DNA of 64,000 nt from the human T2T-CHM13v2.0 reference genome, Homo sapiens: NCBI RefSeq assembly GCF_009914755.1, contig NC_060925.1, one strand, 5' to 3'. This document shows positions 60,622 to 64,000 of the stretch, in pieces. The notes under the pieces were generated by a model. That model was not told the DNA's origin and made no database searches. It saw only the letters and a program-made list of their open reading frames with translations. A program made the position numbers and the translations under genes. Each line of letters opens with the position of its first letter. Within the stretch, counting starts at the first letter, position 1.

Positions 60622-60819
<198 letters not shown>

Positions 60820-60934
60820 TTAATGATTCTTTAGTTTGTAATCTGTTTAGGTAGAGACCTGGGTCTTGACACTCTGGAAATGTATTAAAACCACCAATCT
60901 CCAGTTTGATTGCCCGTCAGTTAAAACAAAATAC

Positions 60935-61305
<371 letters not shown>

Positions 61306-61327
61306 CTAAAGTCATCACTATAAGTAA

Positions 61328-61528
<201 letters not shown>

Positions 61529-61852
61529 TAGTAGAGACAGGGTTTTGCCATGTTGGCCAGGCTAGTCTTGAACTCCTGACCTCAGGTGATTCGCCCCCCT
61601 CAGCCTCCCAAAGTGCTGGGATTACAGGGATGAGCCACCTTGCCTGGCCATTTTTTAAATTTAAACTTGGACTAAAGTTCAATGCCTGCTTCAAATCACT
61701 GATGCATAAGAAACAAACTTTGAAGAAGTTCCCATGTGAAACCTGTTTCTGACCCTGATAAGGAGGACCCTCAACATCAGATAATATATTTATGCAAGGA
61801 GCGAGTACCTGAGCTACCAGGAAAAGATTCAAGTGAGCTGCCCTAAAACCTA

Positions 61853-62134
<282 letters not shown>

Positions 62135-63329
62135 CTATCTCAAAAAAAAAAAAAAAAAAAACCTACAAAGAGAAGAAACTGTTTAATCACTTTTTCAGTT
62201 TAAACCTCCTTCTCTTTGGTTGATAAAACCATCATAACTCAAAAAACCCTCCTTACCCTTTATGAAGAAACGTTAGAAAGCTCTTCTGGGAACAGCCCAG
62301 AGGGTGTTATTGGTTCTCACATCCAGGCCAAACGGTATCACCCAGAACAATACATTCTTAACAAAATGTTACTTCTCCCTACCACTCTGGTATAATAGCA
62401 TTTCTGTGCACTTTTCCCCATTCCTCAAGGAGTGGGGCTGAATTCCCTATTAGGTAAGAGTTGTAGTAACAAACTTCCTGGTGTGGGCCTGAATGGACTT
62501 AATCTTTAAGGGAAAGGTTGAAGATCCTGGTTCTCTATACCCAATGTGAAAACCTGTTTGAGGTATCCGAGGGCTAAAATTTGGCAACAAGGAATGCCAC
62601 CTTCTCTATTTGAATATGATTTTGACATAATTATTTCTGTGGCCAGAAAGAGCATCTTGAGCTCCGTTTTGGAGAAGAGGAAACTATGGCCCAGAGATGA
62701 AGAATGGCTTGCCTAGAGTCACAGTTGGTTTGCCGAAGGACTGTGAATTGGTTCTGTCTTCAGACTCCCCGTTTAGCTGAGGAGTGGGGGCTACTAGATT
62801 TGGTGTCAGAAAACCAGTTCCTCCACTTCTGTAAATCATTTCACTGCCCTGAGACTGTCTGCTAATTTGGATTCTAGAACAACACAATCCACCTTACAAG
62901 TATGTAAGGAGGAAAGTAAATAACAAACGGGTAAAGTGCTTTGTAAACTGTCTATACAAATATAAGAGACCGTTATTACAACACAGCGGAAGAAGTTGAA
63001 AAAAGGCAACGTCTTGCACACCCCAAAACTGGCAAAGAAATTACTACAATCACTAAGTGAAAGAATCCTGGCGGGGGAGGCGGGGGCGGGATTCAATTTT
63101 CCAACCCAAGCCACCAAAAAGTATTCTAAACGTGTGCTTGTGAGAGACAGCTTTTAAAGTTTGATTTTGGTTTTTTTTATTTTTTTCCTGAAGCCTCTAA
63201 GAATAAGCTCTAGAAACTTCAAGTTCTCTCCGGGATGACCCTGATAGCAAGCAACTGTTTCCTCTCCCTGGCCCCTGCCAATTTCAGAAAACAGGCACTT
63301 AAAAAAAAAAAAAAAAAATCTTAGTTGCC

Positions 63330-64000
63330 ACTCCACACGCCGGACGCGAAAGCCCAGACAGACCCTGCTCATCCTCTATGCCGATCTGCACAGACACCAC
63401 CCCAGTTATATCCTTCTATCGATCGGTCGATTCAGCTACAGACAACTCCCTTACGTTCCAATTCTAGGCTTATTTCAGCAAGACTGATGCTTTCCTCTGC
63501 GAGGCTCCCCGCTGGCCACCAGCCCTGCTCTCGCGACCTGCCGCTCCGACTGACGGGAAACCCCACACGGGGCGGGGACTCCCCAAGGAAAAAACGGGTC
63601 GCCTCCCAACCCGCGTTGTCCTCGCGCCTTCGCCCTGGGTAGGTGAGGCCGAGAAGGCAACCGCGAAAAGGAGGCGGAAACGCCTCCTACCCGACCCCCG
63701 AAAAGTTGACCGCGACCCCGCCTCACATGGCCCCTCCCAACCCCGTCTCTTTAAGGCGACAGCAGTGAGAGCGCATCATTTAGTTTCGGCGAACCCATCT
63801 TTAAAGCACGAAACTACTACGTCCCTTATGTTGAGTTTTGTGAAACCGTCTCCAGGGATCAAATTCAGAGTTGCGGCCACACGACGTGCCACATATCGTT
63901 ACACGGCGGGGGAAGAAGCGGATTACGCCTCCCGTCCCCTCTCCACCTCCGGTCACTGCGACGAGTCCCCAAACTCGCCCGCGGTCGGAGAACCCGCCGC
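63330..64000. promoter_or_regulatory. CpG island of ANP32E promoter/intron 1 (continues past window end)
   Basis: High GC and CpG density, GC boxes (ggggcgggg 63569-63577), no Alus, ~3 kb upstream of exon 2. Confidence 0.85.

Overview
Human-type genomic DNA, about 40% Alu (roughly 85-90 copies). The right third holds coding exons 2-7 and the 3'UTR of ANP32E on the minus strand; exon 1 lies beyond the window, which ends in the gene's CpG island. The rest is intergenic: a full-length 7SL pseudogene, a near-complete Tigger1 nested in a MER21-type LTR, several solo LTRs and hAT MITEs, and L1/L2 relics. The most notable observation is a probable dead multi-exon gene on the minus strand at ~46,170-39,050, about 1 kb downstream of the ANP32E poly(A) signals. 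It has about 12 exon-like blocks with mostly canonical, phase-compatible splice sites and ~800 protein-like codons carrying many stops, and I could not assign it to a family. A motif-rich CpG promoter sits inside one of its former exons. Other oddities are a 290-bp inverted templated insertion in Tigger1, a twin-primed Alu, an LTR7 fragment ending in poly(A), and a near-consensus AluYa5. All calls were made by eye, and repeat subfamily names come from recalled consensus sequences, not from a search.
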